A stretch of 62,589 nucleotides of DNA, the filler included. It is 8 parts of 8 records of this genome, joined end to end, with 100 filler letters (N's around TTAATTAATTAA, not from the genome) between each part and the next. Parts side by side here need not be neighbours in the genome. Positions count along the whole stretch, not along the records: positions 48,926 to 55,080 come from SRR31156797_42314; positions 55,181 to 62,589 come from SRR31156797_42366; 6 more parts are not named here. One strand, given 5' to 3'. Shown piece by piece: positions 50,589 through 60,934 of this stretch (position 1 is its first letter; each line of letters starts with the position of its first letter). A program made the position numbers and the translations under genes. The notes beneath the pieces are model-generated. The model was given only the letters and a program-made list of their open reading frames with translations. It made no database searches and was not told the origin of the DNA.

Positions 50589-51995
50589 ATGGAGGAAAAC
50601 TATATGGAAGATACGTTGGAACGGCTGCACCAGGCCTCTGTAGCCATATTGGAGGATACGGGGATCAAAATCCACCACCCCCGGGTGCTTGAAATATTAA
50701 AAGCGTATGGAGTGAAGCTGGACGGGGATATCGCCTTTTTTACCGAAGGGCTGCTCATGGAATGGGTTAAAAAAGCACCGGAGGCGTTTACCATATACGC
50801 CAGAAATCCGGCCCATGACATGTCTCTGGGTTCAGGGCAGACCTGGTACGGATCCGGATACGGATGCCCGGCCATAATTGAGGCCGACGGCACCCGGCGC
50901 AGTGCCATGTTCGAAGACTATACGACCTTTTTAAAACTGGTTCATCAATGTGACAGCTTCCATCTCAACGGCGGGGCGGTGGTCCAGCCTTCAGATCTGG
51001 ACCCGTCCACCTGTTTCCCTCTGATGTTTGATGCGGTTATCCGCCACTCGGATAAATGCCTCATGGGATTTCCCGGATCCGGATCCCAGGTCCAGGACAT
51101 CATGGATCTTGCCGCTGCGGTTTTCGGCGGCAAAGCGGCTTTAAAGGAAAAGCCCAGGGTGATCACCCTGGTGAACACCACAAGTCCTTTGCAGCTGGAC
51201 GATATCGCCCTTTCAACCATTTTAACCTGCGCTGAAAACGGGCAGCCTGTGATCATCTCCCCGGGGCCCATCGCCGGGGCCACCGGCCCCATCACCCCTG
51301 CCGGAAACATTGCTCTGGGCAATGCAGAACTTCTTGCAGGCATTGCCATAAGCCAGATGATTAAACCTGGCACGCCTGTGGTTTACGGCCTCCAGGCCAC
51401 AACGGCGGACATGAAAACCGGCGGGATATCCATCGGCTCCCCGGGCTTCTCCATTGAAGCGGCCTGGGGCATCCGCCTTGCCAAATGGTACAGGCTACCC
51501 TGCCGTGCCGGGGGAGCAAGCTCCGACGCCAAGGGGGTATCGGTTCAAAGCGGGTACGAAAGCATGATGGCCATGTTCGTTACCCGACAGGAACAGGCGG
51601 ATATAACCTTGCACAGTGCCGGTATTCTCGACGCGTATGGCGCCATGTCCTATGAGCAATTCATCGTGGATACGGAAATCATCAGCATGGTTGAATATTA
51701 TCTCAATGGAATGACAGTCAATGATGATTCCCTGGCTCTGGAATCCATCAATACCGCCGGCCCGGGCGGCCAGTTCCTCTCGGTCCCCCACACCTTTGAG
51801 CATTGCAGGACCGTGCCCTGGCAGCCGGGAGTCACCCATAGAGGCAACCTGACCACTGCAGATGCACAGGAAGAGGTCATGAAAAATATCAAAATCAAAA
51901 AGCAGGCCCTGCTTGATGCATATCAGGCACCGGCTTTGGAAAAGGAGGTTGAAACAGCCCTGGACAATACGCTGTCCCACATTCTATCGCGCTGA
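50589..51995 (+). CDS. MttB-superfamily (non-pyrrolysine) corrinoid methyltransferase, second paralog
   Basis: NTTSPLQLD, GATGPITPAG, PGTPVVYG, QSGYES and GPGGQFL. Confidence 0.9.
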   Translation: MEENYMEDTLERLHQASVAILEDTGIKIHHPRVLEILKAYGVKLDGDIAFFTEGLLMEWVKKAPEAFTIYARNPAHDMSLGSGQTWYGSGYGCPAIIEADGTRRSAMFEDYTTFLKLVHQCDSFHLNGGAVVQPSDLDPSTCFPLMFDAVIRHSDKCLMGFPGSGSQVQDIMDLAAAVFGGKAALKEKPRVITLVNTTSPLQLDDIALSTILTCAENGQPVIISPGPIAGATGPITPAGNIALGNAELLAGIAISQMIKPGTPVVYGLQATTADMKTGGISIGSPGFSIEAAWGIRLAKWYRLPCRAGGASSDAKGVSVQSGYESMMAMFVTRQEQADITLHSAGILDAYGAMSYEQFIVDTEIISMVEYYLNGMTVNDDSLALESINTAGPGGQFLSVPHTFEHCRTVPWQPGVTHRGNLTTADAQEEVMKNIKIKKQALLDAYQAPALEKEVETALDNTLSHILSR

Positions 51996-52138
51996 TGACA
52001 GGGCTAATTACAAGACAAAGGCAAAGCAGCTGTTCTTTTGGAAACACTTCCGGCAAAGAAGCGGCCCACCGGGTTGTCCGGATACTATAGAGAGATAGAG
52101 CAACCATTTAACCTTTAAGAAAGACGAGGAAAGCAAGC

Positions 52139-53731
52139 ATGAGAGAAGACATTACGCCCCCTATGGACAATCTTCCCTGGTACAAGCGGATTGAAACTTT
52201 TGTGGTGACCAGTACCCTGACCGTTATTTTTTTGTTTTTTACATGGGCATTTACTGACACCGACGGCATGGGCGAAACCATGAACGTAATCTTTAAATTC
52301 GTAACCGGTCAGTTCGGCTGGCTTTATCTTCTGGTTGGTTTTCTACTCGTTCTTTTTGCCCTCTGGCTTGCATTTGGGCGGTTCGGGAATGTCCGGCTGG
52401 GAAAAGATACGGACCGGCCTGAATATTCATTTTTTTCCTGGTTCGCGATGATATTTGCCTGCGGATACGGTGTGGGCCTGGTTTATTGGGGGGCGGCAGA
52501 GCCCCTGTCCATATTCAAGGCGCCGCCATTCGGTGTTGAAACCGGCACTCCGGAGGCGGGCGTCCTCTCCCTGGCATATGCCTTTTTCCACTGGGGATGG
52601 ACCCCGTGGGCCATTTATATGGCCATTGGCGCTCCCATCGGCTATTTCATGCACAGAAGGGGGATGAGCCCGAGATTCTCCTCCGCCCTGCGTCCCCTGA
52701 TCGGTAACTATGCCGACGGTATTTTGGCCAAGCTGCTGGATTCCTTTCTGGTCATCGGCGTCATCGGCGGGGTCACTACCGCCACAGGCCTTGGGATTAT
52801 GCAATTGTCTTCAGGGTTAAACTCCCTGTTTGGCATTCCTGAGACCAAAATGGTTTACCTGGTCATTGCCGTGATCTGGGTATCCATATTTACCTTCAGT
52901 GCCGTCTCCGGAATAGACAAGGGAATTAAGGTTTTGAGCAATATTAACATTCCCCTGGCCATGGGACTGATGCTCTTTGTATTTCTGGCCGGCCCCACGG
53001 TTTTCCAGATCAATATCGGCATGGATGCCTTTGGTTCTTATCTCACAAATTTCATGAAGATGAGTTTCTGGACCGACTCTATCAACCACGGCGGATTCCC
53101 CCAGGGATGGACCATTTTTTACTGGGCCTGGTGGATCGCCTCCGCTCCGGCAACAGGTCTTTTTGTTGCCAATATTTCCAAGGGCAGAACCATTAAAGAG
53201 GTGGTTCTGGTCCATATGGGCATTGCGCCCATTGCCACCTGGCTGTGGTTTGCCTCTTTCGGTGGTACCGCCCTTCACCAGGAATTGGTTGAAAAGACCG
53301 GGCTTGTGGCTTCCATGACAACAAACGGCACCGGAAGCGTGGTATTCACCATGCTGGAAAATTTACCCATGGGCGGAGTTATGGCCGGGGCATTTCTGAT
53401 TCTGGTGGTGATATTTCTTTCCACCACCGTGGATTCCTTCTCCTATGTATGCGCCCAGGTCTCCACAAAAACAGACTGCAACCCGGAACTGCCCCCCAAG
53501 GGGATCCGGGCACTCTGGGCCATTACCATCGGTTCCCTGGGCATTACCCTGGTCCTGGTGGGAAAAGGAATCTCTGGCCTACAGCTTTCTTCTATCATGG
53601 CCTCTTTGCTCATCATTTTCATCATGGTGGCGATGTGCATTGCCATGGTCAAATCCCTGTACGAGCATGAAGTAAAAGACGAACCAATTGACCATCCGAC
53701 CCCCGCGCTGCAGCCGGATATTCAAAACTAA
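52139..53731 (+). CDS. BCCT (betaine/carnitine/choline) transporter
   Basis: SWFAMIF, FHWGWTPWAIY, WTIFYWAWW and ISKGRTIKE. Confidence 0.93.
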   Translation: MREDITPPMDNLPWYKRIETFVVTSTLTVIFLFFTWAFTDTDGMGETMNVIFKFVTGQFGWLYLLVGFLLVLFALWLAFGRFGNVRLGKDTDRPEYSFFSWFAMIFACGYGVGLVYWGAAEPLSIFKAPPFGVETGTPEAGVLSLAYAFFHWGWTPWAIYMAIGAPIGYFMHRRGMSPRFSSALRPLIGNYADGILAKLLDSFLVIGVIGGVTTATGLGIMQLSSGLNSLFGIPETKMVYLVIAVIWVSIFTFSAVSGIDKGIKVLSNINIPLAMGLMLFVFLAGPTVFQINIGMDAFGSYLTNFMKMSFWTDSINHGGFPQGWTIFYWAWWIASAPATGLFVANISKGRTIKEVVLVHMGIAPIATWLWFASFGGTALHQELVEKTGLVASMTTNGTGSVVFTMLENLPMGGVMAGAFLILVVIFLSTTVDSFSYVCAQVSTKTDCNPELPPKGIRALWAITIGSLGITLVLVGKGISGLQLSSIMASLLIIFIMVAMCIAMVKSLYEHEVKDEPIDHPTPALQPDIQN

Positions 53732-53743
53732 ACCCAATTCCTT

Positions 53744-53773
53744 ACCGCCCCGGAACCTGTTCCCGGGGCGGTA
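53744..53773. other. Intercistronic GC-rich hairpin
   Basis: ACCGCCCCGG...CCGGGGCGGT without a U-tract. Confidence 0.55.
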
Positions 53774-53790
53774 CCAGATAGAGGACATAA

Positions 53791-54402
53791 ATGAGCAAAG
53801 AGCCCAGCCAGATTCTACTAAAAGTTCAGGAATTCACCCGAGTTTTTAAAGCTCACCTAGACGAGATCAATTGGCAGGATCCGGAGTTCACACAAATTCA
53901 AAAGACCTTTGATAGAATATTTGCCTTTGAGGACCCTGCTGACGTTGTTGTGAGCCCCGGCTTGAAACCGGTCTCCCGACACTGGGAAAAGGTTCTGGCT
54001 TCAGCTGGCCAGGGCCGGCTGTCAAATATGATGAGCATCCTTGAAAGCCTGACCCCCTGCCTAGAGTGGCTGGACGATCCCCATTACCGGGGGAAGGATG
54101 TGGACAGGGAGTTTCTGGAAAACTATGGATGCTTTGAACTGGTAGGAAACCACGGCCTGATCCGGGACGACCGGGCCACCTTGGGCTGCATATTGCTCAG
54201 TCCTGAGATATATTTCCCCCTTCACGCCCATAAGGGCGTGGAACTCTTGTATGTCGTGTCCGGGCGGGGGACCTGGCATATGGACAAGGGACCCATTATC
54301 AGCATCCCCAGGGAGACCCATATCCTGATTCCCAGCAGTCGGATGCACGCATGCTGGTCTCTGGGGTCAGCCCCCATGGCGGCAGTTTACATCTGCGGAT
54401 GA
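53791..54402 (+). CDS. Cupin of the DMSP-lyase (DddQ/DddL-like) family
   Basis: YGCFELVG, YFPLHAHKGVELLYVVSG (HxHxxxE) and second motif PSSRMHA. Confidence 0.65.
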   Translation: MSKEPSQILLKVQEFTRVFKAHLDEINWQDPEFTQIQKTFDRIFAFEDPADVVVSPGLKPVSRHWEKVLASAGQGRLSNMMSILESLTPCLEWLDDPHYRGKDVDREFLENYGCFELVGNHGLIRDDRATLGCILLSPEIYFPLHAHKGVELLYVVSGRGTWHMDKGPIISIPRETHILIPSSRMHACWSLGSAPMAAVYICG

Positions 54403-54474
54403 TGAATATAATATGCAGCATATGCATTTCTCTGTCTCTTTACTGCATGTATTTTATTAATAAGCGGGGGCAAG

Positions 54475-55080
54475 ATGACGGCAAAAAAATCCACACATAA
54501 AAACACCACCAAAGCATCCGGGAGTCTGTCCATCGGATTTATTCTCGTATCCGATTTTACACTGATTGCCTTTGCCGGGTTTGTTGCCGTACTCCGGCAT
54601 GCCGCAGACGAAGGGGACCGGAGTAAACAAAAGCTGTGCAAATGGACCATTATGGGAGAGACCCTTGACCCTATCAAGTCAAGTTCCGGGGTGGAAATCA
54701 TCCCTTGGGAGCCATTTAAGAATCCAGAGGAATTTGATTATGTGGTGATTGTGGGCGGACTTTTGCCCGAGGATAGCCGATACGATATCAGGATTCTAAA
54801 TTATTTGAAAAAGGCGGATCGTGCCGGAGTCCCAATTATCGGGGTCTGTACGGGGAGCTTCTATATGGCCGAAGCAGGCCTCATGGAAGGTAAAAAAGCA
54901 TGTGTCCACTGGTACCATTACCACGATTTCATCAATGCGTTTCCCGACCTGATTCCGGTTACCGATGAGATTTTCATAGAGGATAAGACGATGATCACCT
55001 GTCCCGGCGGCAGTTCAGTGACGGACCTGGCTCTGTTCATCATCGAACGTCACCTGGGAAAAGAAAGGGCCATCAAATGC
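54475..55080 (+). CDS. GlxA/GbdR-type AraC regulator (3' truncated)
   Basis: VLRHAADEGD, GVCTGS and CVHWYH GATase-like domain. Confidence 0.88.
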
Positions 55081-55180
55081 NNNNNNNNNNNNNNNNNNNN
55101 NNNNNNNNNNNNNNNNNNNNNNNNTTAATTAATTAANNNNNNNNNNNNNNNNNNNNNNNNNNNNNNNNNNNNNNNNNNNN
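55081..55180. other. Artificial contig spacer
   Basis: N-run + TTAATTAATTAA + N-run. Confidence 0.98.
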
Positions 55181-55959
55181 AAATGGCCCTTTACACATCC
55201 ATTCAGCAAGCCCTGATTTCCCACGCCGAGCGGGACAGGTACTGCATTGCCGTTCTAGACTCCCCGTCGAACCAAACCCCACAGAGCGCCCGGGAAGCAA
55301 GAAGCCGTATCGACAGTTCCTATGCGGCGATGTATTACCCCTGGGTCACGGTGGCCAACCCCTTGTGGAAACCTGGAAACAGCCAGGCCCCCAAGGAAAT
55401 CAACGTACCGCCCTCGGGGTTTATAACCGGTATTTACGCCCGGACCGATGTGAACCGCGGTGTATGGAAAGCCCCGGCCAATGAAGTCGTCCGGGGGGCC
55501 ATCCGGTTTGAGCGGGAGATCAACCATGCCCAGCAGGAAATGCTCAACCCCGAAGGCATCAACTGCCTGCGCTTCTTTTTCGGACGCGGGAACCGGGTCT
55601 GGGGGGCACGAACCGCCACCTCTGATCCGGAATGGAAATACGTAAATATCCGCCGGTATTTCATTTATTTGGAACACTCCATTGACCGCTCCACCCAGTG
55701 GGCCGTGTTTGAGCCCAACAGTGAGCGTCTCTGGACCAACATCACGGACACCGTGTCCGCCTTTTTGTATAACGAATGGCGCAGCGGCGCCCTGCTGGGG
55801 GGCACCCCGGAGCAGGCCTACTTTGTCCGGTGCGACCGTTCCACCATGACCCAGGCTGATCTGGACAACGGACGTTTGATTTGTGAAATCGCTGTCGCCG
55901 CCGTGAAACCGGCGGAATTCGTTATTTTCAGAATTGGTCAGAAAACCGCGGATGCGTAA
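55181..55959 (+). CDS. Contractile tail sheath, C-terminal part (5' truncated)
   Basis: YYPW, RGVWKAPAN, VWGART, FEPN and KPAEFVIFRI. Confidence 0.93.
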
Positions 55960-55983
55960 CAAAGACCGTAAGGAGAATCAATC

Positions 55984-56436
55984 ATGTCAAATCAACGCAC
56001 ATCACCATACAGCGCGTTTAATTTTCTGGTCGAATTCAACGGGCAGGATATTTCAGCGGGCTTTTCCGAAGTGACCGGGTTGGGCGCGGAAATTACCATG
56101 GCGGAATATAGAAACGGAAATGATCCGGAAAACCAGGTCCGTAAAATTCCCAATATCAGCAAGGTCAGCGACGTAACCTTAAAACGGGGCATCATCAAAT
56201 CCAAGGATCTGTGGGACTGGATTGATCTGACTCGCAGGGAAGGCTGGACCGCCCAGCGGAATGTAACCATCACCATGATGGACGAGGCCAACCAGAACAC
56301 AGTCATGCGCTGGACCCTCCAAAATTCCGTGCCCATTAAATATACCGGCCCCAGCCTGAATGCCAAAGGCGGATCGGATGTGGCCATGGAGGAACTGGTC
56401 CTTTCCGCCGAAGGCATCCGGTACGCTGAAGGGTAA
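55984..56436 (+). CDS. Tail tube protein (gp19/Afp1-like)
   Basis: FNFLVE, GFSEVTGL, VTLKRGI and VAMEEL. Confidence 0.92.
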   Translation: MSNQRTSPYSAFNFLVEFNGQDISAGFSEVTGLGAEITMAEYRNGNDPENQVRKIPNISKVSDVTLKRGIIKSKDLWDWIDLTRREGWTAQRNVTITMMDEANQNTVMRWTLQNSVPIKYTGPSLNAKGGSDVAMEELVLSAEGIRYAEG

Positions 56437-56441
56437 ACAGC

Positions 56442-58028
56442 ATGCGCGGCATCACCTTCAATAACCAACCCCCGATTCGACCAATGGAGCCTGGCCGGAT
56501 GGATGTGGCATGTTTCATCGGCTTTGCCCCCCTTGCCCGGTCGCCGTTGTTCTCCAACACGTTGAAACAATGGCTGAACGGGTATGGATGGGACAAAGAT
56601 AAGATCCAACGGCTGGACACGGAGCCCGGGTTGATCCGCAATACCCCCGTGCCCCTGGAATCCTGGGATGGGTTTTTGGCCTTATTCGGTGAGAACCGCC
56701 TGGGATTTGAAACCGTCCCGGCCGATGCCCATTATCTACCCCATTATGCCGGGGCGGCCATCAAGGCGTTTTTCCGCCAGGGCGGCCGGAAGTGTTATTT
56801 CATCTGCATGGGGGAGCCTTTGCCTTACCATGCCCCGGACCTGGAAAAATCCAGACAGCTTTATACCCTGGTATGGGGAAAAGAAAAATCCGATGCCGCC
56901 TTAGAGGATATGGAAACATTCACCCGGAATGATTGGCTTCATATTTGGTTTTCCGCCATCCCCCACGGGGCGTCACCGGTCCGTGACTGGTATGGGGTGT
57001 CCCATCTGGCCGGCCTTTCCGACGTGACCTATGTATGTTTTCCGGATCTTGTGGATGTCCTGGGAAATCCGGCTGGGGAAGAACCGGAAAAACTGGTCGT
57101 CGAAGACAAGGAAGTGTTTGTGCCCTGCAGCGAGTCCGAAGCCGAACCGGACTGGTTTTATGCCGAATATGAAAAACTGCCCGAGTATACGGCCACATCC
57201 TTTGCCGTGTGGAAACGGGTGGTGAAACATATCCTGGCCTTTTTGTCAGCCCATAATCCCACGGTTCAGCTGGTTGCCGGCCTGCCCATTCCGGCCAAAG
57301 ATGTGCTAAAGGCGTTTGAAGCGTTTGTTGCAAACAATCTGTTGGCCGACGCGGAACATAACGAAACCGATTACAAACACCTTCAGCTGGTTTTTCCCTG
57401 GCTGAAAACCGATCGTTCCGGAAGTCTGCCCGGTGCCCTGGAGCCCCCGGAAGGCATACTATTAGGTATTCTGGCTGCCCAGTCCCGGAGAATCGGCGCT
57501 TTTCGAAGCGTGGCCGGGTCTTATGTGGAAACCGCCTATGATCTGTCACCCCGGGATATTGATGCCTACGGTTCCCCCCTGCCAAAGGGGCTTAGCTTTG
57601 CCGACCAGGTGTCCTGGTTTGATTTTGTTCCGGACGGAATCCGTCTTCAGTCCGATGTCACGGCCGTGCGTCACGGCAACTACCGGTACGGGGCCGTGCG
57701 CCGGATCATGATCCTGATCCAGCGAGCCGCCCACCGCATCGGATTGGATTATGTGTTTGAACCGGGTTCCGAACGGGTCTGGCGGTCCATCAAGGACGGC
57801 CTGACCGACCTGCTTCACCGGATTTACCTGCAGAACGGGCTTCGGGGAAAGTCAGCCAAAGACGCCTATTCCGTGGCCTGCGGCCGTTCCACCATGACCC
57901 GGAACGATATTGACAACGGCCGTCTTATTGCCAGCGTCTCTTTGCAGCCGGCAGTGCCCATTGAGACCATTGCCGTGGATGTCCTGATGGAGCGGGACCG
58001 GGCCGTATTGTTCGGAGGGGACAGATGA
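56442..58028 (+). CDS. Second, divergent sheath protein
   Basis: RMDVACFIG, FFRQGGRKCY, VFEP and NDIDNGRLI. Confidence 0.82.
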   Translation: MRGITFNNQPPIRPMEPGRMDVACFIGFAPLARSPLFSNTLKQWLNGYGWDKDKIQRLDTEPGLIRNTPVPLESWDGFLALFGENRLGFETVPADAHYLPHYAGAAIKAFFRQGGRKCYFICMGEPLPYHAPDLEKSRQLYTLVWGKEKSDAALEDMETFTRNDWLHIWFSAIPHGASPVRDWYGVSHLAGLSDVTYVCFPDLVDVLGNPAGEEPEKLVVEDKEVFVPCSESEAEPDWFYAEYEKLPEYTATSFAVWKRVVKHILAFLSAHNPTVQLVAGLPIPAKDVLKAFEAFVANNLLADAEHNETDYKHLQLVFPWLKTDRSGSLPGALEPPEGILLGILAAQSRRIGAFRSVAGSYVETAYDLSPRDIDAYGSPLPKGLSFADQVSWFDFVPDGIRLQSDVTAVRHGNYRYGAVRRIMILIQRAAHRIGLDYVFEPGSERVWRSIKDGLTDLLHRIYLQNGLRGKSAKDAYSVACGRSTMTRNDIDNGRLIASVSLQPAVPIETIAVDVLMERDRAVLFGGDR

Positions 58029-58549
58029 GCGAGCAGGATGAAAACAGAGGAACCATTCTGGATTACCCGCTGCCGGTGTTCCGGTTTGAAGTACGGTTTA
58101 CCGTGTCTGCTGATAATTCCGGGGCTAGTGGCGAACGCTTGTTGTGCGGCGGGGCGTTTTCCGAATGCAGCGGCCTGGAAGCCACAATGGAGCCCCGGGC
58201 CATCAAGGCCGGGGGAAATAATTATGGTGAGATCCAACGGGCCGGACGTGTCAGCTTTTCCACCGTAATCCTGAAGCGGGGCGTCACCCGGAACCGGGAT
58301 TTGTGGAAGTGGTTCGAACTGGTTGCCAAAGGCGCCTACGCCTTTCGCCTGAAGGCGGAAGTCACCTTGTTTGATTTTGATATCAACGGAAAGAAAAAGC
58401 CGGTTATGGCCTGGGAAATGGTGAATGCACTACCGACCAAATTCAAGACCGCTGATTTTAATTCCACCTTTACCCAGGCAGCCATCGAGGAGCTGCACTT
58501 TGTACATGAGGGGTTAATTCATAAAGATAATTTAGAGCAAGAAACCTAA
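58025..58549 (+). CDS. Second tail tube protein (Afp5-like)
   Basis: FSECSGLEATME, LKRGVT and AIEELHFVHEGL. Confidence 0.9.
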   Translation: MSEQDENRGTILDYPLPVFRFEVRFTVSADNSGASGERLLCGGAFSECSGLEATMEPRAIKAGGNNYGEIQRAGRVSFSTVILKRGVTRNRDLWKWFELVAKGAYAFRLKAEVTLFDFDINGKKKPVMAWEMVNALPTKFKTADFNSTFTQAAIEELHFVHEGLIHKDNLEQET

Positions 58550-58582
58550 AATATAGAATAAAAAAAACCGGAGATTGAAATT

Positions 58583-59644
58583 ATGCCGGACACACCCAAC
58601 ACCCATCCCAGACCGAGAGAGGAATTACAGACCACGGCTGTTTTCATGCCCAAAACCGATGAAAACGGTCAGACCCTTTCCGATAATGAACAGCGGGACA
58701 ATAAGGTGACCGTGCATTTCAATCCTGAATCCCTGGACATCACTTTTACCAACAGTGTGCAGAAAGGTCGGAGAAACCAGCCCGCCCAGGTTTCCGTGAC
58801 CGAAACAACGGCCAAGCTCAGCATGGAGCTGGTGTTCGATACCACCCGGGACGGTGCGGATGTCCGCACCCGGACCAACCTGTTGGGCCGGATGATGGAT
58901 CCGGCCCAGCAGCGTCCCCGGCGGAACAACCGGAGCCGGAAGATTCCGTCCATCGTAATTTTTCAATGGGGCACCATCTGGTTTGAAGGGTATATTGATT
59001 CATACAAAGAAAAGTTGGATTTTTTTTCTGCCGAAGGCGTGCCCCTGCGTGCTGTTGTTACGTTGTCCATGACCCAGCAGCAGCGGAATTTTGCCCCCAA
59101 CACCAGTGTAAATCCAGCAAATAATACGGCCGGAGATATCACACCGGGCACCAATGATTCGGCAACCCGGTCGGGAACCCTTTCCGCTAATTCACCGGTA
59201 AACCAGACCGGTGCCAACACCAGTGTTACGGATGCAGTGGCATCGAAAAATTCTATGGCCGCAGGCAATTCCATGGCCTCCCGGGCCGTGGCAGCGGCAA
59301 ACGGCATTGAAAACATGCGGCTTCCTGAAGTGAATGAAATAGTGCTGCCCAACCTGCAGGCGTCTGCCGGGGCCAATGTGTCATTGAACGCCGGGGCCGG
59401 CGTCAGTTTCCAGGCAAGCAGCGAAACCGCGGCACAGTTTGCGAACCTGAAGCAATCCGTGACCACGCCCATGGGGGTCGGGGTTTCATTTGATCTTGAA
59501 AGCCATTTTGATGCCGGGTTTCAAATGGACGCCGAAATGTCCCAAGGGCTGAACATCGGGGGCAGTACCGCAGCCGACTCAAGCATGTCTGCGGATGTAG
59601 GTGTGTCAGCCGATATTGAACCGGGAATAACCTTTGAGGATTGA
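58583..59644 (+). CDS. Tube initiator/Afp7-like protein with LysM-like motif and long C-terminal extension
   Basis: VHFNPESL, LVFDTT, FQWG, GVPLRA and AAANGIENMR. Confidence 0.8.
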   Translation: MPDTPNTHPRPREELQTTAVFMPKTDENGQTLSDNEQRDNKVTVHFNPESLDITFTNSVQKGRRNQPAQVSVTETTAKLSMELVFDTTRDGADVRTRTNLLGRMMDPAQQRPRRNNRSRKIPSIVIFQWGTIWFEGYIDSYKEKLDFFSAEGVPLRAVVTLSMTQQQRNFAPNTSVNPANNTAGDITPGTNDSATRSGTLSANSPVNQTGANTSVTDAVASKNSMAAGNSMASRAVAAANGIENMRLPEVNEIVLPNLQASAGANVSLNAGAGVSFQASSETAAQFANLKQSVTTPMGVGVSFDLESHFDAGFQMDAEMSQGLNIGGSTAADSSMSADVGVSADIEPGITFED

Positions 59645-59646
59645 CC

Positions 59647-59826
59647 ATGGGTATTACCATTGATGAAGTGGAATCGGGCATTACAATGCCGGATGAAAAT
59701 ATTGGGTTGCCCGAAGAGGCGCCCCAGGGCGATTCATCATTACCGGCAAGCGGTGAATCGGAACATACATTGACAGAAACAATTCGGCGGATTGAATATC
59801 GCCGGTTGCGATTAACAGCGGATTGA
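59647..59826 (+). CDS. Small eCIS-associated hypothetical protein
   Basis: Tightly packed in the operon; ends RRLRLTAD. Confidence 0.65.
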   Translation: MGITIDEVESGITMPDENIGLPEEAPQGDSSLPASGESEHTLTETIRRIEYRRLRLTAD

Positions 59827-59828
59827 CC

Positions 59829-60923
59829 ATGACCGAAGAAACGCCATTATCCCAAATGGATATTTATATAGCCCGGCCGATTATCGAGGTCGAGGGCCAG
59901 CTCAATGATATGGTCCAAAACCTTTTGATCAGCATGGATCTGTCTGAAATGGATCAGGGCATGGCTGCCATGGAACTGAATTTTTTTAATTCCGCCACCG
60001 TGGAAGGCCGGGGCAATGACCTGGCGTTTGAGTACGCTGACAACGATTTGTTGTCCCTGGGCAAATCCATACGGGTTCTGGGGGGGGACAACAATGATCC
60101 GGTGGAATTGTTCAGGGGAATAATCACGGCCCTGGAAATGCAGATGGGCGGTGAAAATGAACCCAGATTAATGGTTTTGGCTGAAGATGCCCTTCAAAAG
60201 GCCAGGATGACCCGGCGCACCCGCCTCTTTGAATCCGGAACCTTACGTTCCATCATTGAGTCTGCGGCATCGGACCTGGGGGTGCAAACGGATATTACGG
60301 ACATGGATCAAACGGTGGATGATCAACTTCAGCTTAACGAATCAGACCTGGCTTTTCTAAGGCGGCTCATCGACCGGCATGACGGAGATCTTTGGATGGC
60401 CGAGGATGTCCTGACCGTGGCCCCCCGGTCTGAGGTCCGGCGCAATGAAGTACGCCTGGAAATGAACAGTCAGCTGGAAAGTATCCGGATCATGGCTGAC
60501 CTGGCCCACCAGGTCAACAAGGTCACCTTTTCCGGATGGGATGTGGGTGCCGGTGAGCAGATCAATGTGGAAAGCGACACGTCCGTAGATTACGGTCCCG
60601 GGCAGGGACAAAACGGGGCGCAGTTTCTTTCCCAGGCTTTAGTAGAGCGCAGTGAACATTTATCCCGGACCGGGGCTGCGGACGACATTGAGGCCCAGGC
60701 CCTGGTGAACGCCGATTTTTCACAACGGGCCCGCAAATTTGTCTGCGCCCAGGGCGTAACAGAAGGAAACCCGGCCATCCGGGTGGGAACCCATTTGACA
60801 CTTGACGGTGTTGGGCCCCGGTTTGAAAACACCTATTTTGTCACCCGGGTCCGCCACCAATTTACTATGGAAAAGGGATATAAAACCACATTCCACGCCG
60901 AATGTGCTTATCTGGGAGGATAA
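59829..60923 (+). CDS. Baseplate hub (gp27/GpD-like)
   Basis: QLNESDLAFLRRL, GNPAIRVG and YFVTRVRHQF. Confidence 0.88.
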   Translation: MTEETPLSQMDIYIARPIIEVEGQLNDMVQNLLISMDLSEMDQGMAAMELNFFNSATVEGRGNDLAFEYADNDLLSLGKSIRVLGGDNNDPVELFRGIITALEMQMGGENEPRLMVLAEDALQKARMTRRTRLFESGTLRSIIESAASDLGVQTDITDMDQTVDDQLQLNESDLAFLRRLIDRHDGDLWMAEDVLTVAPRSEVRRNEVRLEMNSQLESIRIMADLAHQVNKVTFSGWDVGAGEQINVESDTSVDYGPGQGQNGAQFLSQALVERSEHLSRTGAADDIEAQALVNADFSQRARKFVCAQGVTEGNPAIRVGTHLTLDGVGPRFENTYFVTRVRHQFTMEKGYKTTFHAECAYLGG

Positions 60924-60934
60924 ATATAATTAAT

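Noticed and set aside
49136-51995. Pyrrolysine-containing trimethylamine methyltransferases
   Set aside because: Both ORFs are full length with no in-frame TAG.
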